Below the pieces are notes generated by a model. It was not told the origin of the DNA, did no database searches, and was given only the letters and a program-made list of their open reading frames with translations. A stretch of 64,000 nucleotides of DNA from positions 448,001 through 512,000 of the forward strand of contig CAXXMV010000008.1 in assembly GCA_963662285.2 (NCBI GenBank), in the 5' to 3' direction. Shown in pieces: positions 10,320 through 20,469 of this stretch; position 1 is the first letter of the stretch, and every line of letters begins with the position of its first letter. The stretch comes from a bacterium (GTDB lineage: Bacteria > Hinthialibacterota > Hinthialibacteria > Hinthialibacterales > Hinthialibacteraceae). The position numbers were made by a program, and so were the translations under genes.

Positions 10320-11051
10320 TCATCGCGTTGCGTTAAAGAGGACGGTTCCGACAACTACCGCAAGTTCTGTGCGGAGAATACGTTGCCCTAAAGATGCCAG
10401 AGTGAAGGGTTGTGATTTGACGAATAGGGCTTCTTCATCAGAGAATCCGCCTTCAGGACCAAAAATCAGGTTCTTATAAGAACTGCCTTGTATTATAGAA
10501 TGATGACCGGCTAATGGTTGGCAATCATCCGCACGCTCCCAACAGACAATGGATTGCTGAGGATCAAGGTGACCTTCATGACAAAGGTCGCATAAAGATG
10601 AAAGAGTTATTTCGATTTGAGGAATCGTAGAACGCCCGCATTGACGACATGCTTCGATAGCGATTTTCTGCAAGCGAGGTAGTGCGTCAGTCCGGGGCAG
10701 GCACACAGAACGTTCCGCTTTAAAAAAAACGATTCCAGAAACACCCAACGGTGTAAGATCACGCACGATGCGGTCTTTGGTTTTGCCTTTGGTGGCGGCG
10801 ATATAGATTTTGGTCTCAGAAGATTGGTCGCAAAGATTCGGTTCGGAAAATTTTAAGCTTAAAAAAATATTATTTCGGGTAGAATTATCAATAAGATAAT
10901 AATATTCCACTCCATCACCATTGAAACAGGAGAGGTGTTGCCCGGATTTTAGACGAAGAGAGCGCTGAATGCCTAATGAATCAGGATCGCTCAATATTAA
11001 CTGAGTGTTCCCAGCTTCAGTGGTATATAGACGAGTACGCGTTTTTAACAT
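10320..11051 (-). CDS. rsmE: 16S rRNA m3U1498 methyltransferase RsmE
   Basis: EACRQCGR..IP, IFGPEGGFS, SLGQRILRTELA; ATG start chosen at 11051. Confidence 0.9.
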   Translation of the reverse strand: MLKTRTRLYTTEAGNTQLILSDPDSLGIQRSLRLKSGQHLSCFNGDGVEYYYLIDNSTRNNIFLSLKFSEPNLCDQSSETKIYIAATKGKTKDRIVRDLTPLGVSGIVFFKAERSVCLPRTDALPRLQKIAIEACRQCGRSTIPQIEITLSSLCDLCHEGHLDPQQSIVCWERADDCQPLAGHHSIIQGSSYKNLIFGPEGGFSDEEALFVKSQPFTLASLGQRILRTELAVVVGTVLFNATR

Positions 11052-11237
11052 ACTATCCTTCTGAATGGATTGGAAATTAATGAGACATGGTTTTTTTGTC
11101 AAAAAAAAATGAAAAAAAATCAAAAGTAATCGGTCGTCAAGTCGATTAACCCTTGCATATCCTGACGACAGTTCTTATCCTAATCAGTTGGGCATACTTC
11201 ACGCAAGACCTATTATCAAAAAGGAGGCGAAAAAGCC

Positions 11238-11411
11238 ATGGCGGAACGAGTAAGCGATGAACGCAGGATGGAATTGGTTGCAATGATAACCTCAGCGTAT
11301 ATCAGCAGCTTTAATGGACCGGATATGCGTCCACCTGATGCCATTACAATTGCACGATTTATTCAGGACATTACCGAGAAATTTGACGAGAAATACCCCC
11401 GCGCAGATTGA
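11238..11411 (+). CDS. Small 57-aa protein resembling the MucR/Ros N-terminal domain (not in ORF track)
   Basis: RBS AAGGAGG at 11221; MAERVSDERRMELVAMITSAYISSFNGPDMRPPDAITIARFIQDITEKFDEKYPRAD. Confidence 0.65.
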   Translation: MAERVSDERRMELVAMITSAYISSFNGPDMRPPDAITIARFIQDITEKFDEKYPRAD

Positions 11412-11449
11412 GTAGATGATAATGAAACAGGGAAGTAGAGACAACGTAG

Positions 11450-12184
11450 ATGGATCCTAGACTTACCTCTCTCCTCGAGCTTCAAGAAAGCCTGACATCG
11501 CAAAGAGAATTGGAATTGCAATATAAACAGATTCCTTCGCGACGGGACGAAATCCAAGCGATTTTGAATAATCTTGAAGAAGAAGCCAACGCCGCCCAGG
11601 AACGTTTCAAGAAGCATGAGGTCGAACAGAAAACGATCGAGCTGGAATCACAGGACGGGCAAGCAAACCGCGCTAAAAAAGAAGCTCAACTCCTTACGAT
11701 AAAAAACAATAAGGAATACGAAGCAACTCTTGCGGAAATTGAATCTTTAGACCGCCGTAACAGCCGTAATGAAGAACGGTTGATCCAGCTAATGGAAGAG
11801 GTCGAGAAAGAACGCAATCTTCTGGAAGAAAAAAAGAAGGAATTGGAAGAGCGAAAAGCCGGTTTTCAAGACGAACTTGCTGAATTAGAAAAAAAGGGCC
11901 AGGGATTGAACGGCGAAGTCGATCAAGCCAAAGCGGCAACCGAAAAGATCAAAGAACGCGTTGATGCCGCACTTTTCCAACGTTTTGTACGCGTGTTTCA
12001 CGGCAAACAAGGTATAGCCATTGCCAGCGCCAATGGAGGACATTGCGGAGCATGTTGTATGCGTTTAACTCCTAGACTAATCCAACTGGCAAAACGTGGA
12101 CAAGACATTGTCGTCTGTGAAGGATGTCAACGTTTTCTATATTGGGATACTTCACTGGAAGAAGACCAACTAGGCTCACTTTGA
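11450..12184 (+). CDS. Coiled-coil protein with C4 zinc ribbon (DUF164, CT398/HP0958-like)
   Basis: Long coiled-coil, KNNKEYEA, CGAC...CEGCQRFLY. Confidence 0.88.
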   Translation: MDPRLTSLLELQESLTSQRELELQYKQIPSRRDEIQAILNNLEEEANAAQERFKKHEVEQKTIELESQDGQANRAKKEAQLLTIKNNKEYEATLAEIESLDRRNSRNEERLIQLMEEVEKERNLLEEKKKELEERKAGFQDELAELEKKGQGLNGEVDQAKAATEKIKERVDAALFQRFVRVFHGKQGIAIASANGGHCGACCMRLTPRLIQLAKRGQDIVVCEGCQRFLYWDTSLEEDQLGSL

Positions 12185-12254
12185 TTTAGCCTATTGAAAA
12201 CCTTTCACGGTTGCATGCGGTTGATAGTCAGAATTGTTCTGGAGATGCGTATCT

Positions 12255-13952
12255 ATGTGGACGCAGCAAGATCGCAGTTTCCTGCATATAAAATGGTTGC
12301 AAACCAGCCGACGCTGGAAACGCCTTAATCTGGATTCGATCCTTCAATCCAGCGGCTTTTTCTTATTAGTCGGTTTTTTTTGGCTGCTTTGCTATCAGGT
12401 TGTATCCAAGTTATGCAATCAAATATATTACAAATATGACGTTATTGGTCCAATAGTTCTGGACCGCATCGTTTCATTTGGTTTTTTCGCTGCATTAATG
12501 ATCGTAACAGTAGGTCATATCCTTACAGCATATAATTCTCTTTTTAGTGGGTCGGGTTTACCGCAACTTGTCGGTTCTCCTTATCCAATGCGTAAGCTTT
12601 ACCGTATTCAGTGCATGGAAGCGTTGTTTCTAGGCGGCTGGGTATCAGGAGTATTCTGCATACCAATTATCTTTGCCTATGGCTGGGAATTAAAAGCAAC
12701 CTGGTGGTATTATCCAGTAATTCTTATCGGTCTGGTTGGATTTTTGATAACTGCCGGAATGATCGGCATCATTATAATGCTTATGATTGCACGCTGGATC
12801 ATAGGACGTCCGATCAGGACAGCTATCGGTTCAGTGTTGGTGTTGGTGGGATTCTTTGCAATCATCCTATACACATCAATTGTCAACCGTGATTTATTAG
12901 GAAACATAGAGATTCAAAAGTTGGGAGAGAAACTGGCGAACTTACGGCTATCAGCCTATCCCTATCTTCCCAGCCACTGGATATCCCAGCTGATGCAAGC
13001 GGCCCACAAAGGAGATGTTTACAGCGCCTTTCTTTACCTGGGCTTACTGTGGTCAAGCGCCTTTTTTTTATGGCATCTGGCTATGGAATTAGGACATCGA
13101 TCATATAACCTCGCTTGGTTATGGACTCAAGAACGAGTTCATTTGTTTTATAAGTCAAGAGATGCCAAACGCTTCCGCAAAAAACGCACCTGGTTTCCCA
13201 GCATTCTGCCCCGTCGCGCCAGCGCTGTAATTCATAAAGAGATCAAAATATTCGCTCGTGATTTTTCCCAATGGGGACAAATGGTTCTGATTCTGACATT
13301 AGTATTGTTTTATATTGCCCATACTCAGAATTTCACTTTTAACGAGCAAAACTCTCAAGTCAAAAAATTGTTGGCTTTTTTTAACGTTATTCTGCTGGGA
13401 TTCATTCAAGCGACTTTATCTCTCAGGTATACGTTTCCATCGATCAGCCTGGAGGGAAAATCGTTCTGGGTAGTAGCTGCATCATCTATAGGATTACCTC
13501 GCTTTTTCTTTGCCAAATACTATCTGCATACCAGCGTTTTACTGGTGATTGGCTTAGGAATGGGAAGTTTACTCAACAACATCCTGGGCGTAGATCCGAC
13601 CTTAAACGCAATAAGCCTTTTTGTGCTCTTTCTCTTCTCATTTGGATTTACCAGTTGGTCGATGGGCTTCGGAGCAGTGTTTTATAAATTTGAAGCAACC
13701 GGCGCCGCTGATGTATCATCCGATACAGGCGCATTGGTTACTATGATTGTAACGCTGCTATATTTCGCCATTAGCGTATATTTCTTTTCCAGACTGGCTT
13801 TCACCCCGACGCAAGGAACCGATCTTATCGGGCAATTAGCCATTAATCCACCACTAATTCTACTCTGCGCATTGTTTCTATTTATCCAAACATGCGCCAT
13901 TCTTCTTCCCCCGGTTTATGGATTAAAAAAGTTAAAACAGGCAGTTTTATAA
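12255..13952 (+). CDS. Putative ABC-2-type exporter permease
   Basis: Many TM helices, LPSHW, KEIKIFARD..QW.Q, FPSISLEGKSFW. Confidence 0.75.
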   Translation: MWTQQDRSFLHIKWLQTSRRWKRLNLDSILQSSGFFLLVGFFWLLCYQVVSKLCNQIYYKYDVIGPIVLDRIVSFGFFAALMIVTVGHILTAYNSLFSGSGLPQLVGSPYPMRKLYRIQCMEALFLGGWVSGVFCIPIIFAYGWELKATWWYYPVILIGLVGFLITAGMIGIIIMLMIARWIIGRPIRTAIGSVLVLVGFFAIILYTSIVNRDLLGNIEIQKLGEKLANLRLSAYPYLPSHWISQLMQAAHKGDVYSAFLYLGLLWSSAFFLWHLAMELGHRSYNLAWLWTQERVHLFYKSRDAKRFRKKRTWFPSILPRRASAVIHKEIKIFARDFSQWGQMVLILTLVLFYIAHTQNFTFNEQNSQVKKLLAFFNVILLGFIQATLSLRYTFPSISLEGKSFWVVAASSIGLPRFFFAKYYLHTSVLLVIGLGMGSLLNNILGVDPTLNAISLFVLFLFSFGFTSWSMGFGAVFYKFEATGAADVSSDTGALVTMIVTLLYFAISVYFFSRLAFTPTQGTDLIGQLAINPPLILLCALFLFIQTCAILLPPVYGLKKLKQAVL

Positions 13953-14178
13953 AAAACAACTCTACTTTTTCTCATTTTAATAAAATTATTGATAATAACA
14001 AAATTAGTTCTCAAATCCCACCAAACCTTAAATTCCTAAATCATTCAACCAAAGCAAGATACTACTATATAAAAATATGGCGCCTTTATTGCTCTTATAA
14101 TATAATAATTATTTACATAAATTACTTATATAGCATATATTTTTTACATAACTTATGAGTATAGACTGGCTATAGAAT

Positions 14179-14760
14179 ATGAAACAGGATGCAGAAAAAA
14201 ATAATATTATGATTTTAGTAAATCAATTTATTGGAAGTTTAGTCTATACGCTTCTACTGATTTTTTGGAGTAATTGGTCAAACAATAATTTTAAAGCCGA
14301 ATTTCTGATTTTTCTTTTGCCGCCTGTCTTTTATTCCGCAATAAAATTCCAGCAAAGAATATATTTAGCATCATTGTTGATTGTAATATCAGTAAGTCTT
14401 TCTACTCTATTATACATGGATTTAAATTTCAGTTATTTATTCAATACAGCGTCAATAATTTGTGTAATAACCACCTTTTCTTCTGAATGCATTTTTCGAT
14501 TGGGAAAAGCACAGATAGATCAACGCGAAAAAGTGATTATGAAACAGAACGAAATTATCTCCAATGTTAATCAGCTTAGCGGTCTACTGCCTATCTGCAC
14601 GAGTTGTAAAAAAATACGCGATGACCAGGGTAATTGGAGCGGGGTAGAAACATTTATCCGCAATCATTCTGAAGCAGAATTTACTCATAGCATGTGCCCT
14701 GATTGCGTTAAAAAATACTATCCTGATTTTGACGAAAATAATGAGGATAATTGTTGTTGA
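14179..14760 (+). CDS. Membrane protein with C-terminal Cys-rich domain
   Basis: Hydrophobic N-half; LLPICTSCKKIRDDQGNW...FTHSMCPDC. Confidence 0.7.
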   Translation: MKQDAEKNNIMILVNQFIGSLVYTLLLIFWSNWSNNNFKAEFLIFLLPPVFYSAIKFQQRIYLASLLIVISVSLSTLLYMDLNFSYLFNTASIICVITTFSSECIFRLGKAQIDQREKVIMKQNEIISNVNQLSGLLPICTSCKKIRDDQGNWSGVETFIRNHSEAEFTHSMCPDCVKKYYPDFDENNEDNCC

Positions 14761-14767
14761 TGCAGGA

Positions 14768-15808
14768 TCAAGCGACTAATTGTTCCAGTTTGGGTATATT
14801 ATTAACGTCGCCTATCACGATAAGAGTTACGTCCTCTTCTATTACGGTATCTCCGGTTGGAGCATAATGAAAATGGTCAGAACCGGACTTTTGGATAGCG
14901 ACAACCACCATACCGGCTTTTTGATTGATATCGAGTGAATCCAGCGTTTTTCCTACAGCGCTGGAATTTTTCGGCACTAATACCCCCTCGACGCGTAGGG
15001 TTCGTTCTTTATCGCGCAACATTTTGTCCAGAAAGGTTACTACTGATGGCCTGATCATCTCCGAGGCCATGCGCATTCCGCCGATAAGGGTAGGAGAAAC
15101 AACCGAATCGGCGCCGGCTTTGCTCAACTTTTTCATGTGCTGAACATCCATGCCTTTACAGACAATGCGCAGATCTTTTTTCATTTGTTTAGCGGTAACC
15201 ACCAGCATCATATTATCCTTATCATCATTGAGGCACGCGATAAGGCCCACAGCTTTATCGATCCCCGCAGCCTGGAGAATATGATTCTCAGACGAATCGC
15301 CTTCTATGACCGGAACATCCGGCATTAGTTTATTAAGTTCCTTGACGCGTTCTTCGTCCAGTTCAACCATCACGAAAGGACGATTGGTATTTTTCAATTC
15401 ATTGGCGACAACCATCCCCTGCCGACCGATGCCGCAAACAATATAGTGATTGCTCAAATTTTCGATCATTTTTCTTACCCGTCTTCTCCAGTAAAGTTCC
15501 CATGCCTCGCCTTCAACAATAAACGCCGTACCAGTAGTAATGACATATAATAAAAAGCCCATCCCGGTTAAAGAATACAAACTGGTGAAAATTTTCGCCG
15601 TATTGGTATCGACCGCAGTAACATGACCGAAACCTACGGTAGTAAGGGTGATTGAGGCCATGAAGAATGAATCTATCCAGGTATCAGTTTCTGCTCCGTT
15701 ATACTTAAAACCGACGACGCCGATGACGAATACAATAAGCAATACGCCGCATCCATCAAGCAAGCGCCTTCCCCAGACAAATTGTTTTTTAAAGTAAACA
15801 TCGTCCAT
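14768..15808 (-). CDS. Potassium channel with TrkA/RCK domains (MthK/Kch-like)
   Basis: 2 TM plus pore TLTTVGFG, HYIVCGIGRQG Rossmann motif, TrkA-C. Confidence 0.9.
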   Translation of the reverse strand: MDDVYFKKQFVWGRRLLDGCGVLLIVFVIGVVGFKYNGAETDTWIDSFFMASITLTTVGFGHVTAVDTNTAKIFTSLYSLTGMGFLLYVITTGTAFIVEGEAWELYWRRRVRKMIENLSNHYIVCGIGRQGMVVANELKNTNRPFVMVELDEERVKELNKLMPDVPVIEGDSSENHILQAAGIDKAVGLIACLNDDKDNMMLVVTAKQMKKDLRIVCKGMDVQHMKKLSKAGADSVVSPTLIGGMRMASEMIRPSVVTFLDKMLRDKERTLRVEGVLVPKNSSAVGKTLDSLDINQKAGMVVVAIQKSGSDHFHYAPTGDTVIEEDVTLIVIGDVNNIPKLEQLVA

Positions 15809-15937
15809 AGTTCACATCATTCTCAATTGAAAAAACCTATAAATCTCATAAGTTACCCAAAATCTCATAAATCACTAAACTTTGTCAAGCCAAGATAATA
15901 GAATATCACATAAACACATAAATAAGTAGAAGATAAC

Positions 15938-16402
15938 ATGAAAAACAAGCATGATTTATATCAAAAAACTATTAAGCATATCGAGAGCCTGATTGAGGGG
16001 GAAAATGACCTTGTGTCAATCATGTCTACAGTGGTTTGTGAACTGCATCATAGTTTTAATTATTTCGATTGGACCGGCTTCTATCGACTGGTTGAGCATG
16101 ATTTACTGAAAATCGGGCCATATCAGGGTCAACATGGTTGTTTGCGCATCTCGCTGGACCGGGGAGTATGCGGCGCCGCCGCGCGTACGCGTCAAACCCA
16201 GTTAGTTCCTGATGTCAGGCAGTTTCCAGGGCATATTGCATGTTCATCGAGCACCCTATCAGAAATCGTGGTTCCAGTGCTTGATTCACGAGGCCAGCTG
16301 ATCGCCGTGCTGGATGTAGATTCCAACCAACTTAACAGTTTCGATGAGACTGATCAACAATTCCTGGAAAAACTCTGCGCTGATATAGGAGCGCGGGTTT
16401 AA
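15938..16402 (+). CDS. GAF-domain free methionine-R-sulfoxide reductase (MsrC-like)
   Basis: WTGFY, GPYQG..GC..I...RGVCG, FPGHIACS, SEIVVP, LDVDS. Confidence 0.85.
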   Translation: MKNKHDLYQKTIKHIESLIEGENDLVSIMSTVVCELHHSFNYFDWTGFYRLVEHDLLKIGPYQGQHGCLRISLDRGVCGAAARTRQTQLVPDVRQFPGHIACSSSTLSEIVVPVLDSRGQLIAVLDVDSNQLNSFDETDQQFLEKLCADIGARV

Positions 16403-16445
16403 AACTTATGGAATTACTTCGACTTATCACCTCATTTATAAATTA

Positions 16446-18164
16446 TTATTCAGCAGAGGCTGGCTTTCCCTGCCCTTCAATGATTTTCACTACTTTATCG
16501 ACGCCTTCAATAGAATAGTTTTCAGAGATTCCTGTAGGCCATAGAACAGTAATGGATTCAATATGGGATGCTTTTGCCAGACCAAACCTTAAGGTAAGTT
16601 CTGATTGGGATGCATATCCAAAACTGCCGCGATGATATTTCTTGATTTGCTTATCTTTGGTTTTAACTGTTACCCATGAACCCAAGGCGGTGCGATTGGA
16701 TGCCGTTCCAACCAGATCAATACCTATCCAGTGATTTCCTGAATCATTTTGATTTTCATATATGGTAGGAATATCATCCATGTTGCATACCACGATATCC
16801 TGATCGCCATCACCATCCAAATCACCGAAGGCGCAGCCACGGGATGAAAGTTTTGTTTGAAAGACGTCGCCAGCCTCTTTGGAAACATGCTTAAAATGAG
16901 CCTGACCGTCATTGAGGAACAGCTGATTGGTCTGTTTGTATCCTTCTTTAGCGTCCGTTTGATCTACCTGGGGAATCACATGCCCGTTGGCGATAAACAT
17001 ATCCAAATCGCCATCGAATTCCACATCCAGAAATAATATCGACCAACTTAATTTGTGGAAAGAATCGAAATACAGATTGGCTTCTTTCGTAGCATCAGAG
17101 AAGAAGCCATCGCCCTCATTCTTGTAGAAAGTATTGTAATCCTGGGCGTAATTCATAACCACAATATCTTCCTTACCGTCACCGGTAAGGTCGCCGCAAT
17201 CAACGCCCATGCCTGACTGGACGTCTCCCATTCCGCTGTAACTGACGCCCGCCACGATGCCGATCTCTTCAAAAGTACCGTCGCCATTATTTCGGAAAAG
17301 AAAATTGGGGAATTGATCGTTGGTTACATAGATATCAGGATTGCCATCTATATCATAGTCCATAAAGAACACGCCTAATCCATAAGCGTTTTCAACTTGC
17401 AGAATTCCGGATTCCTTACTGATGTCAGTGAAAGTTCCGTCTCCATTGTTGCGGTATAACAAATCTGATATGGGAATCAGCCCTTTGGGGCCGCAGTGTA
17501 CCGGGATTTCTCCGCCAATAGTGCAACTGGCCCGCTCGCCCCGCTTGGGAACTATTTCCAGACTGAAATCCAGGTAACGGGTAACATACAAATCCAAATC
17601 GCCATCCAGATCGAAATCGCCGAAAGCGCATCCCGCCGCCCAATTTTCCGATTGAACGCCAGCCTTTTGAGCAATATCGGTGAAGGTTCCATCGCCATTA
17701 TTTTGGTAAAAATGATTGGAACCCCAATTGGTAACATAAAGGTCCAGGTCGCCATCATTATCGAAGTCGGCGGCTGAGCAGCCAATCCCCCATCCGATGC
17801 TGCCTAATCCAGCGGCTTGGGTTATATCGGTAAATTTCCAGTCGCCATCATTACGATAGAAGCGGTCAGTGGGATGCTCATCCTCCGGTTTCAGATCGAG
17901 GTAAGAGGCATTGACCATGTAGATATCCAAATCGCCGTCATTGTCATAGTCGAACAAAGCGACTCCCGATCCATTTACCTCAATTATGTAATCTTTGTCT
18001 TTCACGCCTGAGTCATAGCGGAATTTCAAATTCGCTTTGGAACTGGCATCAATAAAATGGGGAATATACATATCTTCAGCTGACAAAGCAGTATTGATAA
18101 GAGAAATCAATAAAGAAAATAAAATCAAGCACGGAAAGCCAGTTTTTTTTATATATAGAGTCAT
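16446..18164 (-). CDS. CRTAC1-family protein (FG-GAP repeats plus ASPIC/UnbV)
   Basis: Repeated DxDxDGDLD and NNGDGTF motifs; C-terminal SNRTALG...GYASQS...FGL. Confidence 0.88.
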   Translation of the reverse strand: MTLYIKKTGFPCLILFSLLISLINTALSAEDMYIPHFIDASSKANLKFRYDSGVKDKDYIIEVNGSGVALFDYDNDGDLDIYMVNASYLDLKPEDEHPTDRFYRNDGDWKFTDITQAAGLGSIGWGIGCSAADFDNDGDLDLYVTNWGSNHFYQNNGDGTFTDIAQKAGVQSENWAAGCAFGDFDLDGDLDLYVTRYLDFSLEIVPKRGERASCTIGGEIPVHCGPKGLIPISDLLYRNNGDGTFTDISKESGILQVENAYGLGVFFMDYDIDGNPDIYVTNDQFPNFLFRNNGDGTFEEIGIVAGVSYSGMGDVQSGMGVDCGDLTGDGKEDIVVMNYAQDYNTFYKNEGDGFFSDATKEANLYFDSFHKLSWSILFLDVEFDGDLDMFIANGHVIPQVDQTDAKEGYKQTNQLFLNDGQAHFKHVSKEAGDVFQTKLSSRGCAFGDLDGDGDQDIVVCNMDDIPTIYENQNDSGNHWIGIDLVGTASNRTALGSWVTVKTKDKQIKKYHRGSFGYASQSELTLRFGLAKASHIESITVLWPTGISENYSIEGVDKVVKIIEGQGKPASAE

Positions 18165-18166
18165 AA

Positions 18167-20251
18167 TTATTCTTGGGGAGAGAGTTCTAAATGAGCCAGC
18201 GTTTCTTTGATCTCTTTATCGTAATTCCTTTGATTATTTTTATATGATTTAACTATGCGAATCTGGCTTAATCTCTGAAAAACATATTCAGGCGCAGTCA
18301 TTAATTCAATAATTTTCTGGTTTATATCTATTCGATTCTGATCGGCTTCAGAAGCCAGTTGAGCGTATTGCAAGGCAATTTCCAGTTCACCAATACCAGC
18401 ATAGATATCAGATAATTCCAGCAATACCGGGATGGATTCAGGCCATATAAGGCGATGAGTTTGCATAACTTTTTGTTGAATCTTCTTTAAAGCCTGCTTG
18501 ATTATTGATGCCGATTGAGCCAAATCACCGCTATTTTCAGAATGATTAACTTTAGCTAGAGCAGATCGAGCGGCAACGGTCAGCATAGCGGGAAGATCTG
18601 GATGATCTTCCAGAGTTTGTTTAAATAATAACTGGGCTTGATCTTTCTGATCAAGACGCGCCAAATATTCAATCCTGGATAAGGTTGTCTTTATATGCTT
18701 GTAATCTTGGGGCAGACTTTCAAAATATTTTCCAGCCTGCAAGATATCGCCTATTTCCATAAAGGCCCGCGCCAAAGTAGCCCTAATCTCCGTAGACTCA
18801 GTTTTTATCGACTTAAGATAAGAGATGGCCTGAGTCGCATCACCGATTATTTCCAGATAAGAAGAACCTATCATCGATTGCAGCGACTGTTTCAATGAGT
18901 TATCAGCTGAATGGGCTTCAAGTAATTCTATGGCATCATTGATTTTCCCCTGCCGTAAGTATGATTGAGCCAGATCGAGGCAGACCTGGCTTTTCTCGGC
19001 AGTAGATACTTTGGGCATCAGATCACATAAGATTTTTTCAGCGCGGCATGCCTGATGAGTAGTGATATAAAATTTGGCTAAATTATTTTGAGCGGAAGTC
19101 GAATCAGGGACAATCTGACAGGCTTTCAGAAATAAACTCTCCGAATCACGGAATTTACCTATCAGGTTAAGGGAAAGGGAACGCAAGCGGGCATGTTCAA
19201 CTACGTCTCCCTTTCGCCATAGATATGAGGCTTCAATATCCGGCAGATAGATTTTTTCGATCTTTTGCCTGATCTTTTGAACCTGTTTGAAACCTTTTAT
19301 CTTTCTCTGACGGGCTAATGCCTGTTCGAGAAGAGACATGGTTTTGGCATCATAGGGATAAGTAGATAGTATCTCAACAAAAACAGCGGCGGCTTTATCG
19401 AATTGACGAAGTTTGGAATAACATAATCCAGTCAATTGTTTGGCGTCCTGCCAGTTTTTATAAGTTTCAGGGATTTTCAATAAAGCGTTAATAGCTTTTT
19501 CAAATTCCCCAAGTTCCTGCAAAGCTTTGGCTCGCGCATAGAGTATGGATGGATCATCGGGAGAAACGATAGTTTGGAGTTGATCTATCAATTTTATGGC
19601 TTTATCTGCTTGATTATATTGAATATAAGAATTTATAGCCTGTAGCATCAGGATTGAATCTTTACTGTGATGATCAACTATGATTTCACAAAGAGATAAT
19701 GCCTGGTCGCGGTCATCCAACAAATTCAAGACATTTAAGTAACGAAACAGTTTGCCGGGATTCTGGGGATTGGATTTATAAACATTTTCGAAATATACTC
19801 GTGCTTCCTTAGGTCGATCCATCTGAAGAGTAATATTTCCCAGAATTTCCTGAACAACCATATCATTTGGATTTTTATTAAGCCATGAAATAGCCGCATT
19901 TCTTGCGGAATCCAGTCGACCGACTGAAGAACTGTATTTGATGCGTAAATGAGCGCGTTCGGTGATAATTGGTGAAGGAATTTCCATTACCAGCATCAAA
20001 CCGACCATGGAATCCATATATTGTTCGATCAAATGGTGATTCCCACGCTCGCCTTCTTGCTGAACCTTAGCGTTCAGTTCCATCAACTTGCGTTGATTAA
20101 CCTCTTGATTTGAATCTACTTGAGAATAAGCGGCATAATTAATAGTTAAAAGCCCAAGTAATACAATAAGAGATATACGTGAAGAATTAATTAGTATAAA
20201 CATGTCAAACCGTTGATTAATTATGGGATTTACATAGATATTCCTAAACAC
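18167..20251 (-). CDS. Tetratricopeptide-repeat protein, probably exported
   Basis: Helical TPR-like repeats, signal-like segment; directly upstream of the CRTAC1 gene; start uncertain. Confidence 0.7.
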   Translation of the reverse strand: MFRNIYVNPIINQRFDMFILINSSRISLIVLLGLLTINYAAYSQVDSNQEVNQRKLMELNAKVQQEGERGNHHLIEQYMDSMVGLMLVMEIPSPIITERAHLRIKYSSSVGRLDSARNAAISWLNKNPNDMVVQEILGNITLQMDRPKEARVYFENVYKSNPQNPGKLFRYLNVLNLLDDRDQALSLCEIIVDHHSKDSILMLQAINSYIQYNQADKAIKLIDQLQTIVSPDDPSILYARAKALQELGEFEKAINALLKIPETYKNWQDAKQLTGLCYSKLRQFDKAAAVFVEILSTYPYDAKTMSLLEQALARQRKIKGFKQVQKIRQKIEKIYLPDIEASYLWRKGDVVEHARLRSLSLNLIGKFRDSESLFLKACQIVPDSTSAQNNLAKFYITTHQACRAEKILCDLMPKVSTAEKSQVCLDLAQSYLRQGKINDAIELLEAHSADNSLKQSLQSMIGSSYLEIIGDATQAISYLKSIKTESTEIRATLARAFMEIGDILQAGKYFESLPQDYKHIKTTLSRIEYLARLDQKDQAQLLFKQTLEDHPDLPAMLTVAARSALAKVNHSENSGDLAQSASIIKQALKKIQQKVMQTHRLIWPESIPVLLELSDIYAGIGELEIALQYAQLASEADQNRIDINQKIIELMTAPEYVFQRLSQIRIVKSYKNNQRNYDKEIKETLAHLELSPQE

Positions 20252-20469
20252 ATAACCGATAAACCGAGTAAATAAGTTGCAATCTATTATCCAAATAAAC
20301 TACTCAATGTCAATAAATTAATCCTCATAAAATTACACTAAAAAGGATGAAATAACAATTAGTAAAAAAGAATCGATACAAAATGTATTTTTTCTCTTGA
20401 CTTTGTTGAATGTTTCCTTGAAAATTAAATAGTTTCATTAATATCTTCGCAAATAGGGGAGGAAATTTT

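Noticed and set aside
15610-15660. TVGFG instead of TVGYG in the K+ channel filter
   Set aside because: GFG is a known functional filter variant.
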